Source: Bilabrum cf. latius (Eukaryota). Taken from it: 64,000 bases of DNA. Below, piece by piece: positions 62,701 to 64,000 of this stretch. The position numbers and the translations under genes are program-made. The notes below the pieces were generated by a model. That model made no database searches. It saw nothing but the letters and a program-made list of their open reading frames with translations, and had not been told where the DNA came from. The stretch's first letter is position 1; each line of letters starts with the position of its first letter. Where the stretch lies: assembly GCA_965178125.1 (NCBI GenBank), contig OZ237757.1, positions 744,001 through 808,000 of the forward strand, read 5' to 3'.

Positions 62701-64000
62701 GGGCACCAGGGTGGGACTCACTCACGGCAGCACGGCTGCAGCGGCAGCCGCCGCAACCAGCGCGACAGGTGCACCTGCAGGCACCCTCCCGGGGATGCCG
62801 ACGCTGATCCTGGCGGGGGACCCTCGTCAGCTGGGGCCCGTAATCCACGACCGGCTGGCGGAGCTGGCGGGGGCGGGTGTCTCGCTGCTTGAGAGGATGC
62901 TGGGGGCAGGGTACAAATTCAGTGCCACAAGCAGCAGCAGCTCAGGTGATGGATCACAAGACGACAAAGAACCTCTGCAGCAGCATTCCATCCAGGCCTT
63001 CCCGAGAGGAGTGTGGATGCAAGGGACAGTAGGCGTGGCTCACCTGACTACGAACCACAGAGCTGCCCCCGTGCTGGCTGCGTTGACCAAGCACCTCGCT
63101 CAGAATGAGGTAGGTGCAGCAGGCGATGCAGAGCGCGAGCAGACACACATGCAGGCACAGAAATAGCCTTCGCGAATCCCGCCCACCGGCAGGGAAGCAG
63201 CTGTTTGCAGTGCACTGCATGCGGTGCTCGTCCAGGGACCAGCCAGCGAAGCGGGTCATGCATAGGATGACGATGATGCACAGAAGCACTCGGCCGTGTA
63301 GCCCGTCACGATGGACGATCTGGACGAGCTGGAGGAGGAGCTCTTCGGAGATGGGCCCAAACGGGCTGCCGGAGGACCGCCGGTATCTGAATCTGAATCA
63401 GCACAAGAAGAATACGATGATATCGGGGCCCCTGTCGATGCCGATGATGCTGCAACCCAGGCAGCCCTGGATCTGCTCGCGCCGGGATCCCCCACCAGGC
63501 CTGCAAACGAAGAAGAGGCTGGTGCTGATGCAAGCGCCGAGGCAGAGACGGAGCCTTAGGTTAAAGACTAGCACGGCGAAACAAAGGCAAAAGAAGGAGA
63601 CGATACCCAGCGTACTAGTCTAGACGTCCGAGCGGCGCGAAAAGCGCGCAAGGAGAGGAGGCGGGCTGTCGCGGCAGCAGCCACCACGTCGGGTTGGGGA
63701 GGCAGGCAGTCCCTCCCGCAAAGCGACTCCGACTCGGAATCTGATTCCGAGTCCAACGGCGGCGGCGAGGACGGTGCCGCGGAAGAGGCGAAGAAGCAAG
63801 GGCCGATCAAGTACGCGCAGCCCGCTGCCGGGTCCTCGTCGTCGACTGCCGCCGGGTACAGCTCCATACCAGGCGCATTGCATGCAAGTGCGGGCGATGG
63901 CGCGTCCAGCAGCGGATGGGCAACGAGGGGGCAGACCCCTGCTTCGGGTAGCGGGTCAGTTCCCACATCTCCAGTGAGCGGTGGCAGCGGTGCGGGTGCG
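59717..64000 (+). CDS. Upf1/DNA2/NAM7-like superfamily 1 helicase (3' end runs off the window)
   Basis: One frame from ATG 59717 (provisional) with 12 TAG and no TAA/TGA. LNTEQLAAV, Walker A GPPGTGKT, FDYIMLDDAS, LILAGDPRQLGPVI, SLLERM, LTTNHR. Confidence 0.8.

Noticed and set aside
1-64000. Interrupted genes are pseudogenes or sequencing errors
   Set aside because: Interruptions are exclusively TAG. Decay or errors would also give TGA, TAA and frameshifts, and single-copy housekeeping genes are affected.
1-64000. TAGs are acceptors of tiny in-frame introns
   Set aside because: The introns identified end in GCAG and have clear GT donors. No consistent donors precede the TAGs, and the BAF-like paralogs align through the TAG without a gap.
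1-64000. Ciliate-type code with both TAA and TAG as Gln
   Set aside because: No in-frame TAA was seen in any gene body, and TAA terminates BAF-like copy C at the position where its paralogs have TGA.
1-64000. Pyrrolysine insertion, A-to-I editing (UAG to Trp) or programmed leaky readthrough
   Set aside because: There are up to 18 TAGs per gene, mostly in polar disordered or Gln-rich contexts with no shared downstream signal. Pyrrolysine systems are known from archaea and bacteria only.

Overview
GC-rich, gene-dense eukaryotic nuclear DNA from a protist. The Ala/Gly-rich proteins and the few GT..CAG introns, mostly near 5' ends, resemble bicosoecid-type stramenopiles, but that taxonomy is inference only. 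Main result: the window uses a non-standard genetic code in which TAG is a sense codon (most likely Gln) while TAA and TGA remain stops. By hand count, about 80 in-frame TAGs interrupt 14 otherwise intact genes. Adjacent ORF-track fragments fall in the same frame and are separated only by TAG, and every completed gene model ends in TGA or TAA. Read this way, the window holds about 20 genes: a membrane histidine kinase, a GT2 glycosyltransferase, a ~5,000-aa IQ-motif protein, a U-box protein, four BAF-like genes, an ankyrin protein, a DUF4476-like protein, a metacaspase-like protein, a DENN-PH protein, Vti1, mitochondrial bL25, CHCHD2/10, GCNA/SprT, an Upf1-like SF1 helicase and several hypotheticals. 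Other notable structure: a 13-bp motif (GGTGTGACGAGTG) repeated inside coding sequence in several frames and both orientations; a BAF-like tandem array; a DENN gene lying between duplicated 3' ends of its neighbours; and a perfect 30-bp inverted repeat inside GCNA. All gene models, counts and domain calls were made by eye.
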